A DNA stretch of 30,973 nucleotides from an uncultured Syntrophaceae bacterium (GCA_964441165.1 CAYTUH010000002.1:1-30973), one strand, 5' to 3'. Counted from the stretch's first letter, positions 7,808-17,637 are shown. Notes: a model not told the origin generated them from the sequence alone. Numbers and translations: made by a program.

Positions 7808-8962
7808 TCAGATCCTTTGGGAAGGGTCGTCCTCGTCGACGAGAGGCGGCTGAACATGTATTTTTTGACTCTTATTTTTCAGGATATTGATTTCATGAAG
7901 CAATTTGATTCTGTTTTCCATGCAGTTCCGTAATCCCTGGGTGAGTTCAAGTATCATTGCATCCCGTTCCTTTTCGGATGAGGTGAAATTCCCCAGAGCG
8001 GCGGTGAGCAATTCCATACTCTTATTCAGATTACCGGACATATTCTCAAGTACGTCGATCCGCCTCTCCAACTCGTCCATCCTTTTCACCAGACTCACTT
8101 TATTGGCAATATGTCGATGTGAACTCCTGCCGGACTGCTTTTCTCGTGGAAGAACATCTCCGATATCTCGGAGTTTCACCACTTCTTCTATCACGTCCTT
8201 CCCGATGATCGACCGTTCCTCCGCAAACCCGTGAACCAGGGCGGCATCACAGAGAATGTTGACAAGGCGCGGGAGTCCTCCTGAATAGTGATAGACGGCC
8301 TGAACCGCATCGTCGTCAAATATTTCCAGGTTTCGAGCCCCGGCCACCCACATGCGGTGATTGATGTACTGTGTCACTTCGTCCCCGGAAAGGCCGGTCA
8401 GATGCCAGTATACGGTTACGCGCTGCAGGAGTTGTTCGAGATGCCGTTTTCTGAGCTTGATCTTTAAATCGGGCTGCCCGATGAGGAAGATCTGGATAAG
8501 GTGGTTCTTATCGGATTCAAGGTTTGAAAGCAGACGAATTTCTTCAAGTGTTTTATCGGAGAGATTCTGTGATTCATCGACGATCAGGGCGACACGTTTC
8601 TTCTCGGAGTATTTACCGAGCAAAAAGTTGTAAAACATACCTATCAGTTGTGATTTATCCTTGCCATTCACGGCAAGATCAAATTCCTGGCAGACCATTT
8701 TGAGGAACTGCGTTGGTTGTATGATAGTGTGGCTTATGAAGGCAATCTCAATGTCCGGTTTCAGTTTTCTCAGAAAGAGATTGAGCAGGGTTGTTTTGCC
8801 CGATCCGATTTCTCCGGTAATGACGACAAAGCCCTTGTTTTCCATGATCGCATATTCAAGATGCGCGTAGGCTTCTTCATGACTTTGACTCATATAAAAG
8901 TAATTGGGGTCCGGTGTCAGATCAAAGGGCTTTTCCCGGAACCCGTAAAATGATTCATACAT
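7808..8962 (-). CDS. ExeA-like AAA ATPase (XrtA/PEP-CTERM system-associated type) with C-terminal coiled coil
   Basis: MYESFYGFREKPF..TPDP, Walker A GEIGSGKT, Walker B LIVDESQ, LIGQP, SGGLPRLVN. Confidence 0.92.
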   Translation of the reverse strand: MYESFYGFREKPFDLTPDPNYFYMSQSHEEAYAHLEYAIMENKGFVVITGEIGSGKTTLLNLFLRKLKPDIEIAFISHTIIQPTQFLKMVCQEFDLAVNGKDKSQLIGMFYNFLLGKYSEKKRVALIVDESQNLSDKTLEEIRLLSNLESDKNHLIQIFLIGQPDLKIKLRKRHLEQLLQRVTVYWHLTGLSGDEVTQYINHRMWVAGARNLEIFDDDAVQAVYHYSGGLPRLVNILCDAALVHGFAEERSIIGKDVIEEVVKLRDIGDVLPREKQSGRSSHRHIANKVSLVKRMDELERRIDVLENMSGNLNKSMELLTAALGNFTSSEKERDAMILELTQGLRNCMENRIKLLHEINILKNKSQKIHVQPPLVDEDDPSQRI

Positions 8963-8970
8963 GACTCACA

Positions 8971-9801
8971 TTAATCCCGCACTTTATTCAGTACCGTTCC
9001 CATAATCGGTCGTCCCTTCAGAAGTTCCATTGCCCGCTCAAAATCATCCTTACGCGTTTTCTCCGATTCAACCACCATTATAATACCATCCATATACCGG
9101 GCCAGGACAAGGGAATCGGCACTTGTCAAGAGCGGGGGACTGTCGAAAATGACGAACAACCGGTCATATCGCTCTTTTATCCGGCGAATCAGTATCTTCA
9201 TTGGCTCAGTATCCAGAAGTTCCGACGAATTCTGAATCGGGACACTACCGGAGATAATGTTCAGTCGGGGGATTTTCGGATCGATTACGATATCCGACAG
9301 AGCAGCATCACCTTTTAAATAATGCGCAAGACCCTGTTCAACATCAAATCCCAGGAGTCTATGGATCGACGGGTTTCGCAAATCGGCATCCACAAGAAGT
9401 ATGGTTCTATCCATCTGTTGCGAGAGGGCGATGGCAAGATTGATGGCCGTTGTCGTTCTTCCCTCTCCATTTTTGGCACTGGCGATCATCAGCGTGTTTT
9501 CGTTATTTTCATTCATGGCATGCATGATCTGCGTGCGGAGAATCTTTATCCGGTCTGCGATGATGTTTCCATGACAGACTGAGATGATGCGGTTTTTCTC
9601 CAGATTGCGAAAGTCCAGGCCTTTGATCTGTGCATTCGCAGTGAGGAAGTCCAACTCATTGTCCATTGACGCATATTCCATGTGCGACGGCGAGCGGCGA
9701 CGAGATCCATCGACGGCCACATTTTCAAATGTAAGTGGATTTTCACTGCGCTCTTTTCGTGCGTCTTTCGCTTTTTCCAAGGCCTTTCTTAATTTACTCA
9801 T
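8971..9801 (-). CDS. Stand-alone BY-kinase (CpsD/CapB family) with variant Walker A
   Basis: SAKNGEGRTT (Walker A-like), LLVDADLRNP (A'), VIFDSPP (B), GTVLNK. Confidence 0.9.
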   Translation of the reverse strand: MSKLRKALEKAKDARKERSENPLTFENVAVDGSRRRSPSHMEYASMDNELDFLTANAQIKGLDFRNLEKNRIISVCHGNIIADRIKILRTQIMHAMNENNENTLMIASAKNGEGRTTTAINLAIALSQQMDRTILLVDADLRNPSIHRLLGFDVEQGLAHYLKGDAALSDIVIDPKIPRLNIISGSVPIQNSSELLDTEPMKILIRRIKERYDRLFVIFDSPPLLTSADSLVLARYMDGIIMVVESEKTRKDDFERAMELLKGRPIMGTVLNKVRD

Positions 9802-9871
9802 GGCATCGCCTTCCTTTATTCGCGTGTGTGTATTTCAAAAATCGTTCTATCCGTGCTGCGAGAGAAGAAGC

Positions 9872-11593
9872 CTAAAATTGTATCATTAATGTTCTCTGCA
9901 CGTTCAACCATACTATGTCCAGGGGCATGTAGAAGAAATGTACCACCAATAACGCCATAATGAGACCACCACTTGTCAGTACCGTAAAAAGGGTTGCGCG
10001 AAGGCGTCTCCGCGTAACTTCCGCGTCGGTCACGATTAAAGGAATCGCGGCGAGCAACGGAAGTGGGGTGAGTGCACCAATTTCGTGCGGTGTTTTGATT
10101 GAATGATCGAAGTTTTCCTGAAGTAACGTAAGGCCACCACCCAACCCGATGGCAAGGAACAACCCCATGACGATGATTCTGATTCGATTCGGCTTTGAGG
10201 GGGCTTCCGGCGTATGTGCCGACTCTATGATCACAAAGCGCTCCCCATGCTGCGTTTCCTCCATCCCCCGCGCCACCCTTGCTTCCAGGAGCTTACTCAT
10301 GATCTCATTATATTTTTCCTTTGCATTCGTATAATCCCCAATAATCCCGTAATATTCCTTTTCAATCATCGGTGTTTTCTCGATCCGCTGCTGATAAAGG
10401 GCTATTTTTTCTTTGATTTCGTTCTTTTCTTTCAGGTACGCCTCAATTTCCAGAATCGTCGTGTCCAATTGCGTGCGGAGACTCACATAGGCCGGCCTTT
10501 CCTCTTTCTGGGAGGAGAAGACCGCTGTCGTAACTTCTTTTCCTGATGCCTGCAGTTCCCGGGATAAGACATCTATCTCCTTTGAAAGTTTGACCACATC
10601 GGGATGTTTCGACCCTAATGAGGTGCTCATCGTTGCCAATTGTTCCTGCAATCCTGTGAGTCGTTTTTCTTTTTCACCAGCGCCCGTTTCTCCTCTGGCA
10701 TGAGCTTCGAGCTCTTTGATCTCTTTCTGCAATTTGATCACATCGGGGTGTTTTTCCGATAAACTCGATTTCAGATTGATCAATGCAAGCTGCAGCGATT
10801 CTATCCGGTCATTCGGACTGGCGGTGAATTCTCCTTTCCCGCCCCCTGACGCTCCCGATTCCAGCGATGCGAGCTGTCCTTCCAGATAGACTTTTCTTTC
10901 CTGCAGCATACTGATCTGCAGAGATAGCTGGTCAAAATCTCTGTTCAGCTGCTCTATCGCCTGCATGTTCACAGCGCTGTGTTCGGGAAGTTCGCCCATA
11001 TGAATCTTCTTGAATTCACTTAGTTGATTTGCATATCCCCCAATTTGTTCCCTGAGATCGTTCAATTCCTGTTGCAGAAATTCGGTGGTACGGGTGGCCT
11101 GGTTTTCCCGCTTCTTCAAATTTTCTTCAAGATAGAGGGAGGCGAGAACATTGGCGACTCTCTGAACAACAGGCGGCCTCTCGCCTTCATAGGAAAGGGT
11201 AAACGCTATTGTTGATGACTGCCTTCCCTCTTGCGCCTGAATCGTCTCAAGATTGATGTCCTTTCGCATCTTATCGATTACGATTTCGGTGGCGTACTTT
11301 TTCCTCAATTCAGGATAGAGATCAAACTGGTTAATGATATTGAGGAGATTGGAACGACTCAGAATCCGCTGCGTAATGGTCTGAAGCCGCTCCTCTATAT
11401 AGCCGGTCACCGTTGACTTGACATACTCCTCGGGAATCTGCTGCGACTCGATAAGAATGGTCGACTTGGCGACATAGATGGGCGGCAGGACAAAGGCAAT
11501 CACCACGGCACCGATAAAGACCGGTATGGCGGACAACACAAAAATCAGGCTCCTCCGTCTGATCAATCTCTTGATATCCCCGATAGTCGTCAT
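9872..11593 (-). CDS. Polysaccharide chain-length determinant / co-polymerase (GumC/Wzc N-terminal type, no kinase domain)
   Basis: N-terminal TM followed by LPPIYVAKSTIL, long coiled coil, two S.KHPDV repeats, P..P.KPNR and C-terminal TM helices. Confidence 0.92.
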   Translation of the reverse strand: MTTIGDIKRLIRRRSLIFVLSAIPVFIGAVVIAFVLPPIYVAKSTILIESQQIPEEYVKSTVTGYIEERLQTITQRILSRSNLLNIINQFDLYPELRKKYATEIVIDKMRKDINLETIQAQEGRQSSTIAFTLSYEGERPPVVQRVANVLASLYLEENLKKRENQATRTTEFLQQELNDLREQIGGYANQLSEFKKIHMGELPEHSAVNMQAIEQLNRDFDQLSLQISMLQERKVYLEGQLASLESGASGGGKGEFTASPNDRIESLQLALINLKSSLSEKHPDVIKLQKEIKELEAHARGETGAGEKEKRLTGLQEQLATMSTSLGSKHPDVVKLSKEIDVLSRELQASGKEVTTAVFSSQKEERPAYVSLRTQLDTTILEIEAYLKEKNEIKEKIALYQQRIEKTPMIEKEYYGIIGDYTNAKEKYNEIMSKLLEARVARGMEETQHGERFVIIESAHTPEAPSKPNRIRIIVMGLFLAIGLGGGLTLLQENFDHSIKTPHEIGALTPLPLLAAIPLIVTDAEVTRRRLRATLFTVLTSGGLIMALLVVHFFYMPLDIVWLNVQRTLMIQF

Positions 11594-11689
11594 TTCTCCC
11601 CCTTATGTAATAATTCCTGGACCTATTACCTATCCCTTGCCGGCACATCGACCTCTATCCCTACAGCACCCTTCTTTTTGTCATATGAT

Positions 11690-12844
11690 TCATACCCGCA
11701 TCGGAAAATTGAAATTCAGGATCAGAAAGACCCGGTTCCTGTCCATTGTTCTGTCTCTCCCAAAGGACTTGTCGTTCTGACGAGAATAAGCGTAAAACAC
11801 TTTCAGGGAATGATCCTGAGTCAGTCTGTAGGACAGTGAAGGCGAAATCTCGAGATGTTTGGTGTTTCGTTCACTCCACGAATCGACGCTCTTGGTACGA
11901 TAGAGAGATCCGGAACACTGGAGGTCGAGCTGCCGGGTAAGCATGGCCGAGAGGATAAGGGAAAGCCGATTAACCTCGACAGTATCCCCCTCGGCGGAAA
12001 AATCGAGGTCTCGCGAATATGCCAGATTGGCTTTAACCCGCTGCCATGATTTTCCCAAGTCCACATTAGCTGTCCATCCCCAGTTTTCCTCGGATTCTCG
12101 CGACACTGAATCGATAACCGCGTAACGCACACCAGCGCTTATGGCGGCTCGCAAGGTCTCGGAAATCTGGTGATTGAGTCCGACGGACAGACCGTAATTA
12201 TCGGTCACGCTCCGGTCGGAATCGTTCAGCCCATAGGACGTCGAAACCGTCAGGGTATCCCGGCCGCTGTTGAAGCCGTACTGATAGGAAAGGCCGGCAT
12301 CCTGCTTCTCGGAATCGGCATATTCCCTGAATTCATAGGTGCTTCGAGAAAAATCATAACTAATCGTCATACTTGATGTTTCCCCGGTTCGGACATTCAG
12401 CCCACATCCGGCACGGTATCTGTCGCGGTCGGACCGCCGTTCGACGATTCCTGTTTCTTCCAGCAGAGAATCGAGGGTGGAATCCCTCGCATAACCGGCA
12501 TTGGCGGAGAAAGTGATGCGTTCCTGAATCTCCCGTATCCCGTCGATATTGAACCGTCCCCTGTTTTCATTGCGCGCCGCATCGCGCGCATAGAAGATGA
12601 AGTCGCCTCCGGCCTGACTGGTCAGGCTGAAACGGTCCACCGCATAATTGAAGTTCACCGCGGGACTCACCGTCCCTACATAGTCGTCAATCCTGTCGGT
12701 TTCCGTAAAATCGACATTATCGTTGTATTCTCCCTTGAGGCCGACCGACGGCGTTACCGTTATCTCGGCGGAATGCAACGGCAGAGCGGAAATGCATACG
12801 AAGAGGATGGATAAAACAAGGGGGTATCTCATACGCATGAACAT
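11690..12844 (-). CDS. Outer-membrane beta-barrel protein of the polysaccharide export locus
   Basis: Signal peptide, then ITVTPSVGLKGEYNDNV and alternating amphipathic strands rich in Y/F/G; lies between the OPX and co-polymerase genes. Exact start Met is uncertain. Confidence 0.8.
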   Translation of the reverse strand: MFMRMRYPLVLSILFVCISALPLHSAEITVTPSVGLKGEYNDNVDFTETDRIDDYVGTVSPAVNFNYAVDRFSLTSQAGGDFIFYARDAARNENRGRFNIDGIREIQERITFSANAGYARDSTLDSLLEETGIVERRSDRDRYRAGCGLNVRTGETSSMTISYDFSRSTYEFREYADSEKQDAGLSYQYGFNSGRDTLTVSTSYGLNDSDRSVTDNYGLSVGLNHQISETLRAAISAGVRYAVIDSVSRESEENWGWTANVDLGKSWQRVKANLAYSRDLDFSAEGDTVEVNRLSLILSAMLTRQLDLQCSGSLYRTKSVDSWSERNTKHLEISPSLSYRLTQDHSLKVFYAYSRQNDKSFGRDRTMDRNRVFLILNFNFPMRV

Positions 12845-12905
12845 TCCTCATTGTCCGGATTTGCCGGACTCTGAAACATGCACGTTATGCGAGGTATCAT
12901 TTGTT

Positions 12906-13466
12906 TCACGGCACCACCACGATGTCTCCTCGCCTGAGAATAATATTCTGCTCCAGATGTTTTCCTTTCTTCACCTCGTCATAGTCAAAGGGGAAGCTTT
13001 TCGCGCCGTCCTCGTGCCGTCGCAGGATCAGGATACTGCCCGACGAGGCGAAGGTATTCAAATCACCGGCCATGGCTATGATCTGCATGACATCTGTCCG
13101 CATCGTGATGGGAAACTGCCCGGGACTGTTTACCTTTCCCACAACATAGGCCATCAGGCTGTTCGCGCTCAGGAGCATGACGGTCACCTCGGCGTCAGGT
13201 ACGTATTCGCTCAACTTTTTTGAGACCACGTCGCGCAGTTCGGGCACGGAAAGCTCCGTCACATCGACATCGCCGATCAAAGGGAATGACATGATCCCAT
13301 CGGGGGGGACGATAATCTGACGTGAAAGTTCCTCATCCTTCCAGACGGAAATTTCCAGGACATCACCGGGTCCGAGTCTGTAGACCTCTTCCTGTGCCGC
13401 TGCAATGGGCATGTTCACTGTCAATACTACTGCCACCAGGACATAAAGTATCACCTTCTTTTCCAT
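12906..13466 (-). CDS. Short OPX / Wza-like polysaccharide export protein (Poly_export + SLBB)
   Basis: YRLGPGDVLEISVW, VPPDGIMSFPLIG, V.GKVNSPG, L..GDIVVVP. Start moved to ATG 13466 (AAGGAG 9 nt upstream), giving 186 aa. Confidence 0.92.
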   Translation of the reverse strand: MEKKVILYVLVAVVLTVNMPIAAAQEEVYRLGPGDVLEISVWKDEELSRQIIVPPDGIMSFPLIGDVDVTELSVPELRDVVSKKLSEYVPDAEVTVMLLSANSLMAYVVGKVNSPGQFPITMRTDVMQIIAMAGDLNTFASSGSILILRRHEDGAKSFPFDYDEVKKGKHLEQNIILRRGDIVVVP

Positions 13467-13544
13467 CCGCCGCATCTCCTTTGATAATGTTCTCACATTC
13501 CCCAAGATATAGTATCCAAATCCCGTGAGTGGGTGCCTCACCCC

Positions 13545-15842
13545 CTATTGGGACAGCCTCCTCAATGCCGATTCGGCATCCCGATACCCTGGGAAACGCT
13601 CACCACTCTCCATGGCAAGCTGCAGATACTTCCTTCCTTTCTCAGGCTCGTCAAGTCGCAGGAATATCATTCCCAGATGATAGTTGATGGCGGGGTTGTC
13701 CGTACCTTCACCATATGAAGCCGCCAACAGGTCCCGCGCTTTTGCGAACTCTCCCTTCCGGTACTGTATCCAGGCCACCGTGTCCATCAAGGCCGGATTC
13801 GCCCGGTATTTCTCGATGAATGGTTCGACAAGTGCTTCCGCTTTCTCAAGGTTTTCAGGCGTCGATTCATGTTCCGCCAGATAGAAGGCCAGATTATTCG
13901 CCGCAATGATGTTCCCGGGGTTCAGGGACAGTATGTCCTCGTATATTGTCTCGGCTTCCTGAAGTTCCCCCTTTTGTTCGAGAAGGATAGCAATCATGAG
14001 GGACACTAATGCATTCCCCGGGGTTTTTGCTTCTATGCTGCGGTAATGTTCCAGGGCCTTGTCGAGGGAACCCTCTGATTCTTCGAGCTGAGCGAGATTG
14101 AAGAGGGCGTTCAGATTATCGGGGTCAACTTCAAAGGCCTTCTCAAAAAAAGCGCGCGCACCGGACAGGTCTTTTTCGATGGCATAGATTTTTCCCATTA
14201 AAATATAATAGGCGGGGTTTTGGGGGCTCTGCTCGATCTGGCGTTGAACCCGCTGCTTCGCCGCTTCCAGTTCGTTCCTTCGAATTTTCAGACTCACGAT
14301 CTGAGCGAGGGCAGGGACATAATTGACATCCTTTTCCAGGGCCTTTTCGAAAAAGGACTCGGCGCCATGTTCATCCTCTTCCAGGATGCAGGCAAAACCC
14401 ATTTTCAGGTGAGAGAGGGGAGAGTCCGGTTCCAACTCCAAAAGACGCGAATAGTAGTGACGCGCCGATTCGGCATTCTTTTCCCTGAGCGCCATGTCGC
14501 CGAGGGCATGAAGCGCATCCTTCACATCGGGATTGCGGGACAGAATCTGACGGTAAAGGTCTTTCGCGATTTCGACGTCGCCATGCAACTGGTGTGATTT
14601 TGCGAGGCTCAGCAATGCGATGATGTCTTCCGGCTTTTCCTGCAGAACGGTTCGGAATTCCGCGATGGCCCCCAGGTAATCCTTCCTTGTAAAAAGGACA
14701 TTCCCCTTCAATGTGTGGGCAGCCACGTCTTTTGAATTCTCCTTCAGTACCGCATCCACAATTTCCATGGTGCGATTGTATGCTCCGTCTTTATAGTAAA
14801 TGTCGGCCAGAAATAGCTTCGCCTGGAGTACCGCCGGACCGCTCTTTGCCGTGGTCACGAATTGATTCAACAGGTTCACGGCATCGTCCGTCCGCTTTTC
14901 TTCAATTCGCTTCCGCGCCAGCAATGCATAGGGGGCAAATTCGGCAGGGAAATCCCGGATTGCTCTTTGCAGCACCACGACGGCATCTTCGTCCCGTTCG
15001 TCAGCGGCATAAAACTGGGCCATTTTGAGGCGCAGCGCCAGATCGTCAGGCCTGAGCGTAACCAGTTCTTTCAAGATCTCTTCCGCCTCTTCTTCTCGTC
15101 CCGTTCGATTATAGAACCCTGCAAGAAGCAACTTTGAACGATCCGAATCGGCTTCTTCGCGAACCAGGGCCTGATACTCCGATTCAGCGTCGACAAGGCG
15201 ATTCTCACTTTCCAGGATCCTGATGAGAAGCATCCTCCCCCGCATGTTGCCCGCATTTCGATTCAGAAGCGTACGCAGGATCTCTTCAGCACCGGCGGCA
15301 TCCCTCTGTTTGAGCCTCAGGGACGCCATGAGAAGATAAGGGTCATCCTTCTCCCCCTCCCCCATGCCCGTGATGAGTGTTTCGAGGATCGCCTCCGCCT
15401 CGACGTCCTTTCCGGCAAGCATCAGGCATTTTGCCTTCAGTATGAGAGCCTCGTCATCTGAGGGATTTTGAGAGAGCACCAGTTCCGCCTTTTCGAGGGC
15501 TTTCTCCTTCTGCTTGCCCAGGAGATAGATTTCACCCAGCGCAAGCTGCGCATCCATCAGGCCGGCATCGATCTCGACCGCTTTCGACAGCGCCCCATGG
15601 GCCTTCTCAATATTGTTCACTTTCAGAAAGGACATGCCCAGTGCAGCGTAGGCATCACCGAAGGTAGGATCGATTTTGATCGCGTTCTGGTAATTCAGGA
15701 TCGCCTTCGTATACTCGCCTTTTTGCTGGAACTCGTTACCCTTTTCATAAAATTTTTCTCTTCTCGATTCAGGACTTCCGCAACCGACCAGTATGATTAA
15801 CACAAAGAGTACGGCACGTTTCCAATCAGTGAAGAAGGTCAT
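13545..15842 (-). CDS. TPR-repeat lipoprotein, PrsT-like (PEP-CTERM system)
   Basis: Lipobox LVGC, many TPR repeats, and C-terminal NNLAF..A, DTVAWIQYRKG, INYHLGM. Confidence 0.88.
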   Translation of the reverse strand: MTFFTDWKRAVLFVLIILVGCGSPESRREKFYEKGNEFQQKGEYTKAILNYQNAIKIDPTFGDAYAALGMSFLKVNNIEKAHGALSKAVEIDAGLMDAQLALGEIYLLGKQKEKALEKAELVLSQNPSDDEALILKAKCLMLAGKDVEAEAILETLITGMGEGEKDDPYLLMASLRLKQRDAAGAEEILRTLLNRNAGNMRGRMLLIRILESENRLVDAESEYQALVREEADSDRSKLLLAGFYNRTGREEEAEEILKELVTLRPDDLALRLKMAQFYAADERDEDAVVVLQRAIRDFPAEFAPYALLARKRIEEKRTDDAVNLLNQFVTTAKSGPAVLQAKLFLADIYYKDGAYNRTMEIVDAVLKENSKDVAAHTLKGNVLFTRKDYLGAIAEFRTVLQEKPEDIIALLSLAKSHQLHGDVEIAKDLYRQILSRNPDVKDALHALGDMALREKNAESARHYYSRLLELEPDSPLSHLKMGFACILEEDEHGAESFFEKALEKDVNYVPALAQIVSLKIRRNELEAAKQRVQRQIEQSPQNPAYYILMGKIYAIEKDLSGARAFFEKAFEVDPDNLNALFNLAQLEESEGSLDKALEHYRSIEAKTPGNALVSLMIAILLEQKGELQEAETIYEDILSLNPGNIIAANNLAFYLAEHESTPENLEKAEALVEPFIEKYRANPALMDTVAWIQYRKGEFAKARDLLAASYGEGTDNPAINYHLGMIFLRLDEPEKGRKYLQLAMESGERFPGYRDAESALRRLSQ

Positions 15843-16294
15843 TGTGGGCTCTCCTTTACATGTATGACGTTATCTTGAGGGGCATCGTCCCCTGTGACAG
15901 CGGCATGATTTTTCACACCCCCCGCATGAAAAGTATGACGCTCTCGATAATGCTATACTCCAAGGAAACAGCTATCCCTTGTAATTCCTGAACATCCGGA
16001 ATGAACGGGAATAATCTACAGAAACGTACGGGCAAGTCAGGCACAGGATTCCGAGCGACGAAAGATTGATATCGCTACGAGAAGCGGAGACGGCGGATGA
16101 ATGAGAAGCCCGCCCATCAATACAGTGGGCGGTTGAATATCCTCTTCAGGGCTAAAAAATTCTCCAATTTTTTATGAACTAAATTAACACATCTCCTTAA
16201 TAATTTGAGAGCATCATAATTTAATTCAAAAAACAGCAACCCCTTCTTTGTTACAATTCTTAGGTTTATTGAAGATATTCATTTTAATTTAGTT

Positions 16295-16319
16295 AGAGTA
16301 AATTATCATAATTTACTCT
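16295..16319. promoter_or_regulatory. Perfect 25-bp palindrome, candidate operator
   Basis: AGAGTAAATTAT-C-ATAATTTACTCT. Confidence 0.55.
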
Positions 16320-16471
16320 CAAATAAAAGAGCCTTTCCATCAAAGGGGGATTTTTTGTGCGAGAAAGGACTTTTCGCGTTTAACACCGGATCGTCGCCGG
16401 GAAAAGGTAATACAAATTGCATATCGAAAGATGCACTCGCTCCACCGCGGATACGCTGCCGGTGCCGACCA

Positions 16472-16489
16472 CTGTCGGAATACTTTACA
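16472..16489. promoter_or_regulatory. Enhancer-like site 1 (TGT-N11-ACA)
   Basis: CTGTCGGAATACTTTACA, identical to 16560-16577 and upstream of a sigma-54 promoter. Confidence 0.7.
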
Positions 16490-16559
16490 CAGGGGGAGGT
16501 TGGGGTATTTCGCTGATAACATTATTTTTATAGGACAGATCTCCGATTCTGCTCCATAC

Positions 16560-16577
16560 CTGTCGGAATACTTTACA
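16560..16577. promoter_or_regulatory. Enhancer-like site 2 (TGT-N11-ACA)
   Basis: CTGTCGGAATACTTTACA, ending about 120 bp upstream of the -24 element. Confidence 0.7.
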
Positions 16578-16694
16578 ATGTCACCGGCCCTGGTTACGTT
16601 TTACGGGATAAAGCCAACGAGATCGGGTAAAAATAAATTAATATAATTGAGCAATTGCAATCGTTCTTGCATCCACTTGACCTGCGGCAACGAC

Positions 16695-16710
16695 TGGTAT
16701 CAATTTTGCA
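16695..16710 (+). promoter_or_regulatory. Sigma-54 (-24/-12) promoter of the PEP-CTERM gene
   Basis: TGGTAT-CAATT-TTGCA has exact GG-N10-GC spacing and ends 31 nt before the ATG. Confidence 0.85.
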
Positions 16711-16741
16711 TGTTTTTTTAAAAGATAGAGGAGGTGGTACG

Positions 16742-17524
16742 ATGTGTAAAAAAATAACTATACTTTTAGTGGCCGCAGTTCTGCTCACCGGCATAAGCTC
16801 CCTTTCTTGGGGTTCATATATATTGCAGTACCAGGGCAACATTACCAGCAGCATCGGTGACGGCACGCTCGTCGCCACGGCAAGCTGGGACTGGGAAAGT
16901 GGAACCTCAAACTATTCCACTCTGGAATGGTCCGTCTATCAGGAGAACGGCACGGGCGAGTGGAAATATGAATATACTTTTACTGTCCCTGCAAAAGCCA
17001 TCAGTCACAGCATTATCGAGGTCTCTCAGAATTTCCCGGGGTTTCAATACACGGCCACGGGTACGGATCCCTCGACAGGTTCCCAGAATCTGATCATCGA
17101 TCCCGACGCACCGAAGTGGTATGAATCAACGGGCAGTTCAGGTTCCAACCCCGGCATGCCCGATGTCGACCTGGAGCCCGGCGGCGAGGGAGACCTGTAC
17201 GGAATCAAGTGGGATGCCCCGGATATCGCAAACTATGATCCGCTCGTCTTTTCAATAATCATTCTCACCGACCGTGAGCCCATGTGGGGTGATTTCTACG
17301 CCAAGGACGGCCAGGACGGCGCCACAAAAGTATATGCATACAACAGTGGTTTCGGCCAGGATACGACGGCCCCGGTTGCCGACGGCAACGCCAGGACGAT
17401 CGACGGGCTCGCCTGGGTACTGGTCCCCGATACGGAAGTGACGGTTCCCGAGCCGACCACGCTGCTCCTCCTTGGGCTGGGCCTCATCATTCTGGGGGGA
17501 TGTGTACGAAGGCGCAAATCATAA
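16742..17524 (+). CDS. PEP-CTERM sorting-domain protein
   Basis: GGAGG RBS, signal peptide MCKKITILLVAAVLL, and C-terminal VPEPTTLLLLGLGLIILGGCVRRRKS (PEP + TM + basic tail). 260 aa from ATG 16742. Confidence 0.97.
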   Translation: MCKKITILLVAAVLLTGISSLSWGSYILQYQGNITSSIGDGTLVATASWDWESGTSNYSTLEWSVYQENGTGEWKYEYTFTVPAKAISHSIIEVSQNFPGFQYTATGTDPSTGSQNLIIDPDAPKWYESTGSSGSNPGMPDVDLEPGGEGDLYGIKWDAPDIANYDPLVFSIIILTDREPMWGDFYAKDGQDGATKVYAYNSGFGQDTTAPVADGNARTIDGLAWVLVPDTEVTVPEPTTLLLLGLGLIILGGCVRRRKS

Positions 17525-17550
17525 GAAAAAATATATTCTCTCCTCTCAAG

Positions 17551-17583
17551 AAAACGCAGGATCGAACCGATCCTGCGTTTTTT
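17551..17583 (+). terminator. Intrinsic terminator
   Basis: AAAACGCAGGATCG-AAC-CGATCCTGCGTTTT followed by further Ts, 27 nt after the stop. Confidence 0.85.
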
Positions 17584-17637
17584 ATCACCCACTGGTGTAT
17601 CGGAAGATTGCCGGCAATATAATACACGATAATTTTC

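Noticed and set aside
15843-16294. Riboswitch (e.g. c-di-GMP-I/GEMM) in the export-operon leader
   Set aside because: Only isolated hairpins were seen (e.g. CCGCCCA/TGGGCGG); I found no conserved aptamer core by eye. An Rfam scan would settle it.
16655-16741. N-terminal extension of the PEP-CTERM ORF
   Set aside because: It overlaps the sigma-54 promoter; the RBS and signal peptide indicate ATG 16742.
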